The notes beneath the pieces are model-generated. The model worked only from the letters and a program-made list of their open reading frames with translations, was not told the origin of the DNA and searched no databases. From Mobula hypostoma (taxonomy: Eukaryota), in assembly GCF_963921235.1 (NCBI RefSeq), contig NC_086104.1, positions 4,216,001 to 4,280,000 on the forward strand: a stretch of DNA of 64,000 nucleotides, read 5' to 3'. Below are positions 1 through 12,080 of the stretch, piece by piece. The position numbers were made by a program, and so were the translations under genes. Numbering within the stretch: the first letter of the stretch is position 1; every line of letters begins with the position of its first letter.

Positions 1-1124
1 ATGGCTCCTTTACCTCGAGGTCCCTGATCAAATCCGGTTCACTGCACAACACTAGGACAGTAGACTATAAATAAAGGCTGGGGAACTGGAGGGAGAAGGT
101 GTAGGTGATGGGCAGATTATTATGTAATTCACTTCCAATTCTCTTTGTTCTATTAGTGCTTAATAAAACAATTTTGGAGCAACAGGTTTTGGGACTCTTT
201 CCTGATTTCCGAAGGAATTTTGGATTAAAACATTAGAATCCAACACCTCCCTTTCATCTCGTACAGTCATCGAGTCGTACAGCAGGGAAATACGGCCATG
301 CTGATCTTTTCCCGATCGACTGAATTCCCTCTCTACCTTATATTTGAGTGCCTGTTTAAATGTCTCTAAAATTTAATGATTGTATCTGACTCCAAAACCA
401 TCTCAGGCAGAGATTTGTAGATATTAACCAGATTTTTTAAGTGTGCTAAGTGCTCATATCTCATTCAAAACTCCTTCCTCTCATATTAAACCCATGAACA
501 CTTGCTTTTGAAGCCACCAGCATGGGACAAGAAAGTTTCTGACATTTTACTTTATTCAATATCGTAATAATCGTTCCAGCACCAGTCTCGATGGTACATC
601 ACTGACCACCCTACGACCGCGAATAAGTAAAGCATCCCCCACCACAACCCTCTGCCTCCCAATGTTGGATCCAACTGGGATGTTTGCTTTGCATTCCATT
701 TGCCTTCATTTTCCAGACCAGCCTCTCATTGAGGACCTTTCCAAATGCCTTGCTAATGTCCATTTAAAATTGCAGGGTGTGTTGTAAAACAGAAAGACCT
801 AAGGGTACAAGTATCCAATTCCCTGAAGGTGGTGACTCGGGTAGATATGGTGGTGAAGAAAGCTTTACTACATCTGCGTTATTAGTCAAGACATTGAGTG
901 TTCAAGTTGGGTCCTCACAGTTGCTTGGTATAATTGAGAAGGGCTGATGAGGTCAAAGTTGATGAGTCAATAGATCAAAGTTCAAGGTAAATTTATTATC
1001 AAAGTACATTTACGTCACCATATACAACCATGAGGGCATTCACAGAAAATGCAAAGAAACAAAACAGAGTCAATGAAAGTCCTCACCCAACAGGATGGGC
1101 AAACAACCAATGTGTAAATTAAAA

Positions 1125-3245
1125 CATGAGGCGAAGAGACCAGTTCTGGTCGCCTCACTACAGGAAGGATGTGGAAACCATCGAAAGGGTGCAGAGGAGA
1201 TTTACAAGGATGTTGCCTGGACTGGGGAGCATGACTTATGAAAACAGGTTGAGTGAACTCGGCCTTTTCTCCTTGGAGTGACGGAGGATGAGAGGTGACC
1301 TGATAGAGGTGTATAAGATGATGAGAGACATTGATCATGTGGATAGTCAGAGGCTTTTTCCCAGGGCTGAAATGGTTGCCACAAGAGGACACAGGTTTAA
1401 TGTGCTGGGGAGTAGGTACAGAGGAGATGTCAGGGGTAAGTTTTTTACACAGAGAGCGGTGAGTGTGTGGAATGGGCTGCCAGCTACGGTGGTGGAGGCG
1501 GATACAATAGGGTCTTTTAAGAGACTTTTGAATAGGTAAATGGAGCTTAGAAAAATAGAGGGCTATGGGTAAGCCTAGTAATTTCTAAGGTAGGGACATG
1601 TTCAGCACAACGTTGTGGGCCGAAGGGCCTGTATTGTGCTGTAGGTTTTTGATCTTTCTGTGTCTTTGAAAGTGAGTCCATAGCTTGTGGGAACAGTTCA
1701 GTGATGGGGCAAGTGAAGTTATAAGACCATAAGAACATAAGATTAGTAGACAAGATTTTAATCCAATTATGAAACATACATTAAGAATTTGGTTTCAGTT
1801 TCTTAGATTTTTTGAGTTAAATAATTTTATTCTTTCTAGTAATATCCATCTCAATTTTTTTTAACCATCAATATTGGATAAGGCCTTTTTAAATTGGAAA
1901 ATGAAGGGAATAGTAACTTTTTCAGATTTGTTTTTAGGGGATTGTTCAATGTCTTTTTCTCAGTTAGTGGATAAATATGATTTATCTAATGTACATTTTT
2001 TTAGATATTTACAAATTAGGAATTTTTTACGTGGTTTGTTGCCAAATAAACCTTCTGCTTATCCGCCTAATATGACAAATGCTCTCATTCAGTTTAAACC
2101 ATTCAAAAAAGGTTGATAGCTATAATACATAGCTATAGAGGGGAGGAGAAGATGGCAACACGACGCAGTGCGTGTGGCCGCTCCGAAATGATATCGTATT
2201 TGTGAATTAGGTACCGTGCACAATCCTGATTTGATGGAGACAGCCGTGAGAAGCACAGAGGAATATCTGGAGAAACTTCTGAAATGCCCGCTTCGATTTG
2301 ATTTATTACTCTTCCAATTATTTTATTTTTTTCAAAGTTTTAGATTTAATCAGAAAGTCTTTCCTATTTTTTTGGTTGTATCCTCCGAATGGACTTCCCA
2401 GTCTCCCTTTTTTTAGTGCAGTGTTTTTTTTTCCCTTTCATTTTAAATTTAAAGTTTTTTTCCTCTCTTTATGAATTGATAAGAGGAGAATTAAGTGTCC
2501 TTTTTTATTATATCTTGCATATTTGCTTATTACTATGTATGATTATGATAATATGTATTTCATCTTTTGTTTATATTGTTGCTGATATATATATATATTT
2601 GAGATAATTCTCCTCTTGTCTGTATATATGTTTTCTCTAAATCAATAAAAAGATTAATAAAGAAGAGAGGTAATGTTGCAGCTATATAGGACCCTGGTCA
2701 GACCCCACTTCAAGTACTGTGCTCAGTTCTGGTCGCCTCACTACAGGAAGGATGTGGAAGCCATAGAAAGGGTGCAGAGGAGATTTACAAGGATGTTGCC
2801 TGGATTGGGGAGCATGCCTTATGAGAATAGGTTGAGTGAACTCGGCCTTTTCTCCTTGGAGCGACGGAGGATGAGAGGTGACCTGGTAGAGGTGCATAAG
2901 ATGATGAGAGGCATTGATCGTGTGGATCGTCAGAGGCTTTTTCCCAGGGCTGAAATGGTTGCCATAAGAGGACACAGGTTTAAGGTGCTGGGGTGTAGGT
3001 AGAGAGGAGATGTCAGGGGTAAGTTTTTTACACAGAGTAGTGAATACGTGGAATGGGCTGCCAGCAACGGTGGTGGAGGCGGATATGATAGGGTCTTTTA
3101 AGAGACTTTTGGATAGTTAAATAGAGCTTAGAAAAATAGAGGGCTATATGTAAGCCCAATAATTTCTATGGTAGGGACATGTTCAGCACAACTTTGTGGG
3201 CCGAAGGGCCTGTATTGTGCTGTAGGTTTTCTATGTTTCTATGTA
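1125..3245 (+). mobile_element. Two same-family CR1 3' fragments (1125-1670, 2670-3245) flanking L1/Tx1 remnants (1745-2665)
   Basis: Both CR1 pieces encode RRFTRMLPGL...GHRF and share the same 3' UTR. The middle has an L1 ORF2 fragment (1874-2116) and an A-rich tail at ~2640-2665. Confidence 0.8.
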
Positions 3246-3799
3246 CTGTTTTTGAGTCTGGAGGTCCTGGTGTGGATGCTACACAGCCTCCTCCCTGACG
3301 GGTGTGGGACAAAAAGTCCATGAGCAGGGTGGGTGGGATCCTTTATGATGTTACTGGCCCTGTTCCAGCACCTTTCTGTATCTATGTCCTTGATGGAGGG
3401 TAGCTGGTGCTGGTGACGTGTTGGACAGTTTGGACTGCCTGTTGTAGATTGTTCCTGTCCGCAGCAGAGCAGTTTCTGTACCGTGCAGTGATGCAGTTTG
3501 GTAGGACGCCCCTACTGTACATCTGTAGAATGACGTGAGTATGGATGTGCAAAGTCCAGCCCTCTTCAGCCCCCTCAGAAAGTAGAGGTGAAATAGGCGA
3601 GTAGAGGAGAGTAGAAATAGTCTTATAACAGTGGGGTGGAAGGGCCTGTTCCTACTGCTAATTCATATTAGAGTCTGAATTAAATGTCAAAGAGGAAGTA
3701 ATGGTGTTTATTTAACAGATGTTCAATACCTGATTTATTAGGAAGTAAAAGTGTTCATGGAAAACATTTCTCAATGTTATATTGTATAAAGTTACTTAC

Positions 3800-3843
3800 C
3801 ACAGTGACATTTGTGGGCCCCTGTGTATTCTTCTCCGTTTCAG
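3800..3843 (-). CDS. Candidate 44-nt exon (ETEKNTQGPTNVTV in phase 1; LKRRRIHRGPQMSL in phase 0)
   Basis: ttctcattttatttcag|CTGAAAC...CACTGTG|gtaagt has near-consensus acceptor and donor in a non-repeat island. The reading phase is unresolved. Confidence 0.5.
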
Positions 3844-4099
3844 CTGAAATAAAATGAGAATTTGTTTGAGAGTTGCCACACAGGAATGATAATTGAACTG
3901 AAATCACATTGTGATGAAAAGTCTTCCATTCATGCTTAGCAAGTGCATTCAGATAGGGACAGCAAACTGCAGAACATGCTATCTGAAGCATTTCCCATCG
4001 GAGCCTCCACAGGGGCATGGCAAGCAAGACTCGCATGTGACTCAAAGGGCAGAGTTGATTGCTTTTGTGTTATTCAGGCTGCTTTTAGCCTTAATTGGG

Positions 4100-5530
4100 G
4101 AACGAAAGCCAAAACTGTAAACAGTAAGATAGAGGAGCAGAATTAGGCTATTCAACTCATCAGGTCTATTTGACCATTCCATCATGGCTGATTTATTATC
4201 CCTCTCAACCCTGTTCGTCAGCTTTTCTGCACAACCTTTGATGCCATTACTAATCAAGAACATGTTAACCTCCACTTTAAATATACCCAATGACTCGGCC
4301 TCCACAACAATTGGATCTGTGGCAGTAAATTCCACAGATTCATCACCCTCTGCTGAAGGAATTCCTCCTCTAAAGGAGAATTCCTTATATTATGAGACTG
4401 TTCTCTCTGATCCTAGATTCCCATCACAGAAGGAAGCATCCTCTCCACATCCACATTATCAAGGCCTTTCAATATTTGATAGGTTTCAATGAGATCTCCC
4501 CTCATTCTTCCAAACTTCAGCATGAACTGGCCCAGAGCTATCAAACTCTCCTCGTACATTATTATGTTCATATTTGGAGTCATTCTGTCGAATCTCCTCT
4601 AGACCCTGTCCAATACCAGCACATCCTTTCTCAGATAAGGGGCACAATACTCCAAATGTGTCTGTCCAATACCTTATATAATACCCAGCATTACATCCTT
4701 GCTTTTATGTTCCAGCTCTTGCGAAATGTATGCTAACATTATATTTCCCATCCTCACACCAACGTAACTTGTAAGTTAGCCTTTACGGTATCCCAAACAA
4801 GGACTCCCAAGTCCCTTTGCACCTCCAATTTATGAATTTTCTCTTATTTAGAAAATAGTCTGTCTTTCTTGCTTCTACCAAAGTGCATGACCATAGACTA
4901 TCTGTCTAAGTCCTTCTGTAGCTTCTCTGCTTCTTGAACACCACCTGCCCCTCCTTTGTATAGTTCTCAAACTTGGTCACAAAACAATCAATTCCATCAT
5001 CAAATTTATTGACAAATAGTATAATGTGAAAATAATCAGTCCTAATACAAACCCGCGTGGAACACCACTCATCACCAGCAGCCAATTGGAAAAGGCCCCC
5101 TTTATTCCTATTCTTTGCCTCCAACCAGTCAGCCAATGCTCTATCCATGCCAATATCTGTCCTGTAAGACCATGGGTTCTTATCTTGTTTAGCTAGTGTG
5201 CAGCACCTTGCAGACGGATTCTTCTGTGCAAAGCTGATTTCAGTTGGCTTTCCAATTGGGAGTAAAGGATGAATTAAAGAACTTACTGTATGTCCTGTAG
5301 TTTGCTCATGATCACAAGTGTGAGTTCAGCCAAGGTCAAGTGGATGAGAAACATAGAAACATAGAAAGCCTACAGCACAATACAGGCCCTTCGGCTCACA
5401 AAGCCCTGCTAAATATGTCCTTACTATAGATATTACCCAGGGTTACCCATAGTCCTCTATTTTTCTAAGCTCCAGGAGTCTCTTAAAAAACCTATTGTAT
5501 CTGCCTCCAACACCACTGCTGGCAGCCCAT
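4100..5530 (-). mobile_element. Degenerate CR1 3' fragments
   Basis: CR1 RT remnants (DCFVTKFENYTK) and CR1 3' UTR/(CATAGAAA)n tails. Confidence 0.75.
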
Positions 5531-5734
5531 TCCACGTCTCTGCTTGTATTGGTCTTGGTAGAATTCTGCCATTAATTCAACAGTAACAGTAACCACTTTT
5601 AGAGAATATGCATGAATTGAGAAATTTTTAAAGTCAGCTGGAGACTGATGGTATGCCAGGCTGTGTCAGAAGGCAGAATACACGGTGCTCTGTAGCAGGG
5701 TGTCCTCTGGTTTGAAACAGATGTTGATGCTTAC

Positions 5735-5758
5735 ATTTGGATTGTCTGGATACAGGAT
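5735..5758 (-). CDS. Candidate 24-nt micro-exon (DPVSRQSK in phase 1)
   Basis: cctcaattccaatcag|ATCCTGTATCCAGACAATCCAAAT|gtaagc. Frame-preserving, with a good donor and a moderate acceptor. Confidence 0.25.
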
Positions 5759-5776
5759 CTGATTGGAATTGAGGCC

Positions 5777-5893
5777 TTAATAGAGTGGAGATTTCCACTC
5801 TATTTCTATACCTTGGTATGGTCTGCGTGTACGGGTGTCTGTTATTGAATCTTTATCCTTCTCTATTTCAGAGGATGAGGAATGTTTATTTGT
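5777..5893 (-). CDS. Candidate terminal cytoplasmic exon TNKHSSSSEIEKDKDSITDTRTRRPYQGIEIEWKSPLY*
   Basis: Acceptor cttttcacttctcttcaatatatgcag|ACA. Only phase 0 stays open (38 aa then TAA), compatible with the phase-0 end of the 14129-14156 exon. Contains YQGI. Confidence 0.4.
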   Translation of the reverse strand, partial: TNKHSSSSEIEKDKDSITDTRTRRPYQGIEIEWKSPLY

Positions 5894-6050
5894 CTGCATA
5901 TATTGAAGAGAAGTGAAAAGGCAGGACTGGAGTTGCTGTTGAGGATGATGAAACAGTTGATTACTCCCTTGTCCTGCATTGCGCATCATTGTTGAACATA
6001 ACTATCATGTGAAGTAATTCCCAATATGAGCACTGAAATGAACTTTTTAC

Positions 6051-6094
6051 CTGTAACTGTGGCATGCACTGTGTTCAGATCTTCAGTAGAGCAC
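6051..6094 (-). CDS. Candidate cytoplasmic exon (G)CSTEDLNTVHATVT
   Basis: cttcaccatttccccag|GTGCTC...GTTACAG|gtaaaa, 44 nt. Only the phase-2 entry is open. Exits in phase 1. Confidence 0.5.
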
Positions 6095-6737
6095 CTGGGG
6101 AAATGGTGAAGATCATGTTAGTGAATTAGTTATAGATGGATGTTAACGTCTTAGAAACAACTTAACAACTTGAGAAGTTAAAGTGGTCAGATTATCTTTA
6201 TCTATAATGAAGTTTTGTGAAAGTAACGGTTGTCTGTTTCATGTTGGTTTTAGTACTCCTGATAGAATTGGATTACTCTTATCCTCAATATATGACACAA
6301 CAGGGTTGCCAAGACTAAGATAAGAATGGCCTAGATGATTTTAATAAAAGGGGAGATTCTGCAGATGCTGGAAATCCAAGGTAATACATACAAAATGCAG
6401 AAGGTAAGGCAGCATCTATGGAGAGGAATAAACTGTTGACATTTCAGGATGAGACCATTCATTAGGATTGGAATGGAATGGGGAAGATGCCAGAATAAAA
6501 AGGTGGGGAGAGGGGAAGGAGGACAAACTGATAGTAGAGATGAGGTATAAGCAAGTCAGCTCGGGTATCTGGTCAGCACAGAGGCTGTTAATATGGGTAT
6601 ATTGGATGGAGTCATGCTGTACAGAAACAGGTCCTCCAGCCCACTCTATACATACTGACCCATCTCTTCATCAATACTATTTCCAACCCTTTGTTGATGG
6701 TCCTGGTAATTCAAAGACTTGTTGAGATACTTCTCAA

Positions 6738-6990
6738 CGGGAGTGTAGTAGTGAGCACAACGCTTTACAGTACCAGTGACCTCGGTTCAATTCCCACCAC
6801 TGCCTGTAAGGAGTTTCTACGTTCTCCCCATGACCGCGTGGGTTTCCTCTGGGTGCTCCAGTTTCCTCCAACAGATGTACTGGTTGGTAGATTAATTGGT
6901 CATTGTAAATTGTCCTGTGATTAGGCCTGGGTGAGATCGAGGATTGCTCAGCAGCACGGCTCAAAGTGCCCTATCTCAATAAATGAATAA
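6738..6990 (+). mobile_element. V-SINE (HE1-like)
   Basis: tRNA-like head GGTTCAATTCC and V-SINE core GCGTGGGTTTCCTCTGGGTGCTCCAGTTTCCTCC, ending in an AATAAA-rich tail. Confidence 0.7.
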
Positions 6991-9900
6991 AATGTTGTGA
7001 GAGTCTCTTCCTCCACCACTCTCTCAGGCAGAGCATTCCAATCTCCAGCTGCCCTCTGGGTGGAAAAGTTGATTTTACATTCCTCTAAACTGTCTCAGCC
7101 TGAAATGTGGACTGTTTATTCCTCTCCATAGATGCTGTGAATTCCTCCAGCATTTTGTGTCCCCTCCTTCTGTCATACAAATCATTGTCTGTGTCTCAGG
7201 TTACTCGTCAACTGTCCCTGCTCAAGGGAAAACAGATCTAGACTTTCCATTCTTACCCCACAACTAAGGCGCTCCATCGCTGGTAATATCCTGGTGAACC
7301 TTCTCCACACTTTTTACATCAATGTCCCTCCATTCCTCAATTCTTGTTAGTTTCCTCACATTCATTGTATATGCCCAACTCTTCTCCTGATGTTCCAAAA
7401 TACTGCATTCAATTCCATCTACCATGGCACTGCCCAGACAACCTGCTGATCAATATTCCTAAACTTCCACACCGCCAAATTTGAGTCAAGTGAGAGGACT
7501 GCCCCCGTCTGCAGATGGAGTAGCAGTAATTTTGTGCTGCTGTTAATTTTCTTCCTCCCCCCCCCCTCACAGTTTAAACTTTGAATTTTAAACTTTTATT
7601 TGCTGATTCTTGAGGGGGAACAATATGTCTGTCTATGACAAGTGGGAAGAATTTACCTGAACCCAGTGATAAAGGTAATGGGAAAGGAAAGGTGCAAAAG
7701 GAAAGATCTGATGAAATGCCATCGTGGGCTGAAGATATCGTTCGGACACTGAATTCAATTAAGGATCAGAATGGCTCAATTAAAGACCAACTGGAAAAGA
7801 ACAGTAATGAAATGAAGTCATTTCTGGGAAAACTTGAAGACCTGGAAACTCAAGTTATTACACATGAAGAGGAATTGAATTAAATAAGCAAAAGTTGTCT
7901 GAAGCTACAACTCGTTTGGAAAGATATCAAAATAAGATTGTAGACCTGAAACTAGGTCTAGCTGAAAGAATATACGAATTGTTGCGCTGCAGGAAGGAGC
8001 TGAAGATGGAGATCTAACTGCTTACTTTGGTAAGCTTTTCCACACTTTATTTCCTACCATTCTATCAAAGCCGCCTGCTATAGAAAGGGCACACAGGGCG
8101 TTTACTTCGAAATTGAAGGATTCTAGTAAACCAAGATCTGTTCTGGTTTGCTTTCATCACTTTAAAATTACAGTTCAAATAATGCGACAGGCAAGAAAAC
8201 AGAGTGTTTTTAGATTTATGGAGTCTCAGCTCCCTTTTTTACGAAGATTACCTGAGAGAGGTAATGGAACAAAGATCAAAATTTGCCCTGGCAATGAAAC
8301 AGGCATATGATAAAAAAGTGTTTCCCTCTCTGAGGTATCCGACAAGAATTAAAGTTTTTCCTGCTAATTCTCCTCCTCATACTTTTTTTGATACAAAAGC
8401 TGCACTGGGCTTTGTTCAGGCTTTACCCGCCGCTGTTACTGATGCCACTGCTGAATGAACTATATGAAAGGTTGTTTGGCCATCTGTATATTATTCGCAT
8501 TTTGGAAAGAAGACTTATGAAGGTCATTTGTATATTTCATTGAGAGACTAATTAAAGAAGACAAGGAGAGTTGTTCATTATTGCATATTGTTGGTTTACC
8601 TTTGGAAGGAAGACTTATGGCTCAAGTATGACTGTCTAAATGATCATCTGAGCATTCGACTGAGAAAAGAAGACTGAGAAAAGAAGATAAGCGGATTGGT
8701 TCCTTTAATTTAATACTTGGTTTGAGGTTTTTTTTGTTTCTTTTTCTAATCAGCTAATTGGTAGTTTTTTCCTACTAATAGGGCTTTATATATATATATA
8801 TATTTGGGAGGGTTTAGTTACTTATATTATTAATTAGTATTTTTGAAAATTCAGCTGGGTCAAATATACTATTAATTTTTTTCTGTTTTATTATAACATT
8901 TTATAATTGAATCTAAAGTTTTTTTAGGGAGTTAATGTTAAACTTAAAGATGGTGCTGGTTTTTCTCTCTAAGAGATAACATTAATTTGGTTCTTTCTTG
9001 TTTATTAGATGATGGAATGTAAATGCTTTTCTTTGCTGAGACTTTATTGTCTTTTTTACAAGGTCACTTTACTCTTTTTACTAACTGAGGGGAGGGAAAG
9101 AAAATACAGTTGGAGCGATCAGTGGCTTTGAACTCTATCATAGATTGCTTGCCTTTTTCTTGGGTTTTCGGGAAAGGGGTGGGATTAGAGTTGGGGGCCT
9201 TTTCCCATTGGGTGATTCTGGGGCATGCGTATTTTCTATCTGGTTGTATTCTTCATCGCCATTTTTGATCATCCCTATTGGTATATGCTCTGCGCATGTA
9301 TAAAGTAGAATAAAATTATAGTATGGTATTTAAATGGACTAATATAATAAGTTGGAATATACGTGGTTGGAATCATCCTATTAAATGAAAAACGTCTTTT
9401 AAAATTATTAACCGGTTCCAACCTGATATAATTTTTGCTCAAGAGACACATATCAGGACGGGAGATCAAAATAGATTTTTTGGATGGTGGAATGGTTTGC
9501 AATTCCACTCTACTTCTCAGAGTAAAACAAAAGGTGTGTCTATTTTTATTAAATCTAATATTTTTATTCAAGAGGATATTGAATCAGATTCTAATGGTAG
9601 ATTTTTAATTGTTAAAGGAATGATCTGTAACAGAAAAGTTGTTTTGGTTAATTTGTATGGTCCTAACTTAGATGATCCTTCTTTTTTTAAAAAGGTATTT
9701 GCTTTACTGCCTGATTTAAATGAATATATGCAGATAATGGGCAGGGATTTTAACTGCTGCTTAAATCCTATGACTGATAAGAGCTCAACCAATCAGCGAC
9801 TTCCAAATCATTCCATGTCATTTATTAATTCCTTTTTGATTGATTTTGGGTTGATTGATTTGTGGAGGTATCTTCATCCTGATAATAGAGAATATTCTTT

Positions 9901-10116
9901 CTTCTAACATGTTTAAAAAAATATTCGAGGATCGATTATATTATAATCGATCCCCACCTCTTGCCTAGTGTTAAAAATTGTGAATATGACGCTATTGATA
10001 TACATGATCATGCGCGTTTGAGTTTTTCTTTTGAATTTGATGATGTCATTCTTGCTCGCTCACCATGGCACATGTCTCAGACATTATTGCAAAACTCTGA
10101 CTTTGTTAGTTTCATT

Positions 10117-10426
10117 TATAGGCATCCGTTAGTCTCGTGAGACCATGGATTTGCACCTTGGAAGGTTCCCAGTGCGCAGGCCTGGGTGAGGTTGTATGGA
10201 AGACTGGCAGTTGCCCATACTGCAAGTCTCCCCTCTCCACGCCCCTGATGTTATCCAAGGGAAGGGCATTAGGACCCATAAAGCTTGGCACCAGTGTCGT
10301 CGCAGAGCAATGTGTGGTTAAGTGCCTTGCTCAAGGACACAACACGCTGCCTCAGCCGAGGCTCGAACTAGTGACCTTCAGATCACTAGACGAACGCCTT
10401 AACCACTTGGCCATGTGCCAACACTC
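10117..10426 (-). mobile_element. tRNA-derived SINE inserted in the L1
   Basis: Minus strand has A box TGGCCAAGTGG and B box AGTTCGAGCC. 9-bp TSD AGTTTCATT at 10108-10116 and 10427-10435. Same family as 40915-41225. Confidence 0.85.
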
Positions 10427-12044
10427 AGTTTCATTGAAACCCAGATAAAAGAATTTTTTCTTTTTAATGATATAGGGGGTATGTCTAAATTAATTATATG
10501 GGATACGTTTAAAGCATTTTTACGTGGTCAGATTATTTCTTCTTCAGCTAAACTTAAAAAACAGACTAAAGCAGAATTAGATAGAATTTCAAAACAAATT
10601 AAAGATTTAGATAATATCTATGCAATTTCCCCCAATATTGATTTATTTAAACAAAGGGTGGAACTTCAATCACAATATAACCTGTTATTAACTCATCCCA
10701 TTGAAGGCTATTTGCTTAAGTTAAAGAGCCAATTTTATATGTTTGGAGATAAAAATAATAAACTGCTCACAACTCAATTAAAAATGGCTGCAGCCAAAAG
10801 ACAAATCATAAAAATTCGTAGGAAAGATGGTACCTTAGCTCAGGAATATGAAGAAATTAATAAGATTTTTCAAGATTTTTATGCTGAACTTTATAAATCT
10901 CAATGTCCATCAGAGTCCTCTGAAATTAATGCTTTTTTATGAAAGATTGTTTTCCCTAAAATCTCAGCTGAGGATCAAAAAACTCTTGATGCTCAAATCA
11001 CTGAAGCCGAAATTCATAAAGCTATTTTTTCAATGCAATCTGGTAAGTCCCCAGGACTTGATGGTTATCCTGTAGAATTTTATTAAAAAATTTGGAAAGT
11101 TGCTTTCTCCGTATCTGTTGGAAGTGTTTAAGGACTTACCCTCTACTTTTTATGAGGCTTCTATTTCTTTAATTCTTAAAAAAGATAAAGATCCCACTGA
11201 CTGTGCTTCATATAGATCTATTTCATTACTGAATGTCGACACTAAGATTCTGTCAAAGATAATGCCAATCTGTTGGCGAATATTTTGGGTAAAATTATTT
11301 TTAAAGATCAAACAGGATTTATAAAGGGTCTCTATTCTTTTTCAAATGTTCGGAGACTAACATTATATATTTGTCATCTTTTAAAACTCCACAATGTGTT
11401 GTATCTTTGGATGCTGAAAAAGCGTTCGATCAAGTTGACTGGAAATATTTATTTAAAGTTTTAGAGAAATTTGGCTTTTGTGCTAATTTTAATAATTGGA
11501 TTAAAATGATATATAAAGTCCCTGTTGCTACTGTTGTCACTAACAATTGTAGGTCTCCTTTTTTTCAGCTTTCACGGGGGACAAGGCAAGGCTGTCCATT
11601 AAGGCCTTTATTGTTTAATTTAATGTTAGAACCCCTTGCTATTGCTCTTCGTGAGACTAAAAATATCCATGGGATTTTTGTGAATGAGACCATGCATAAG
11701 ATCTCTCTTTACTCTGGCGATTTATTGGTTTATATATCTAATCCTGACGTATCTATTCCTGCCTTGCTAAAATTATTTAATGAATTTGGAGATTTTTCAG
11801 GATATAAAATAAATTTCAGTAAAAGTGAATTGTTTCCTTTAAATGATTCTGTCTCTATATATGATAATACTCCTTTTAAAGTCACGGACTCTTTTAGATA
11901 TTTAGGTATTATAATTACTAAAAAATATAAGGATTTCTATAAACACAAACAACAGGAATTCTGCAGATGCTGGAAATTCAAGCAACACACATCAAAGTTG
12001 CTGGTGAACACAGCAGGCCAGGCAGCATCTGTAGGAAGAGGTGC

Positions 12045-12080
12045 AGTCGACATTTCAGGCCGAGACCCTTCGTCAGGACT
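12045..12080 (-). ncRNA. Minimal hammerhead ribozyme motif in a Penelope pLTR fragment (~11943-12123) inserted in the L1
   Basis: AGUC CUGACGA AGGGUCUCGGCCU GAAAU GUC GACU. Confidence 0.6.
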
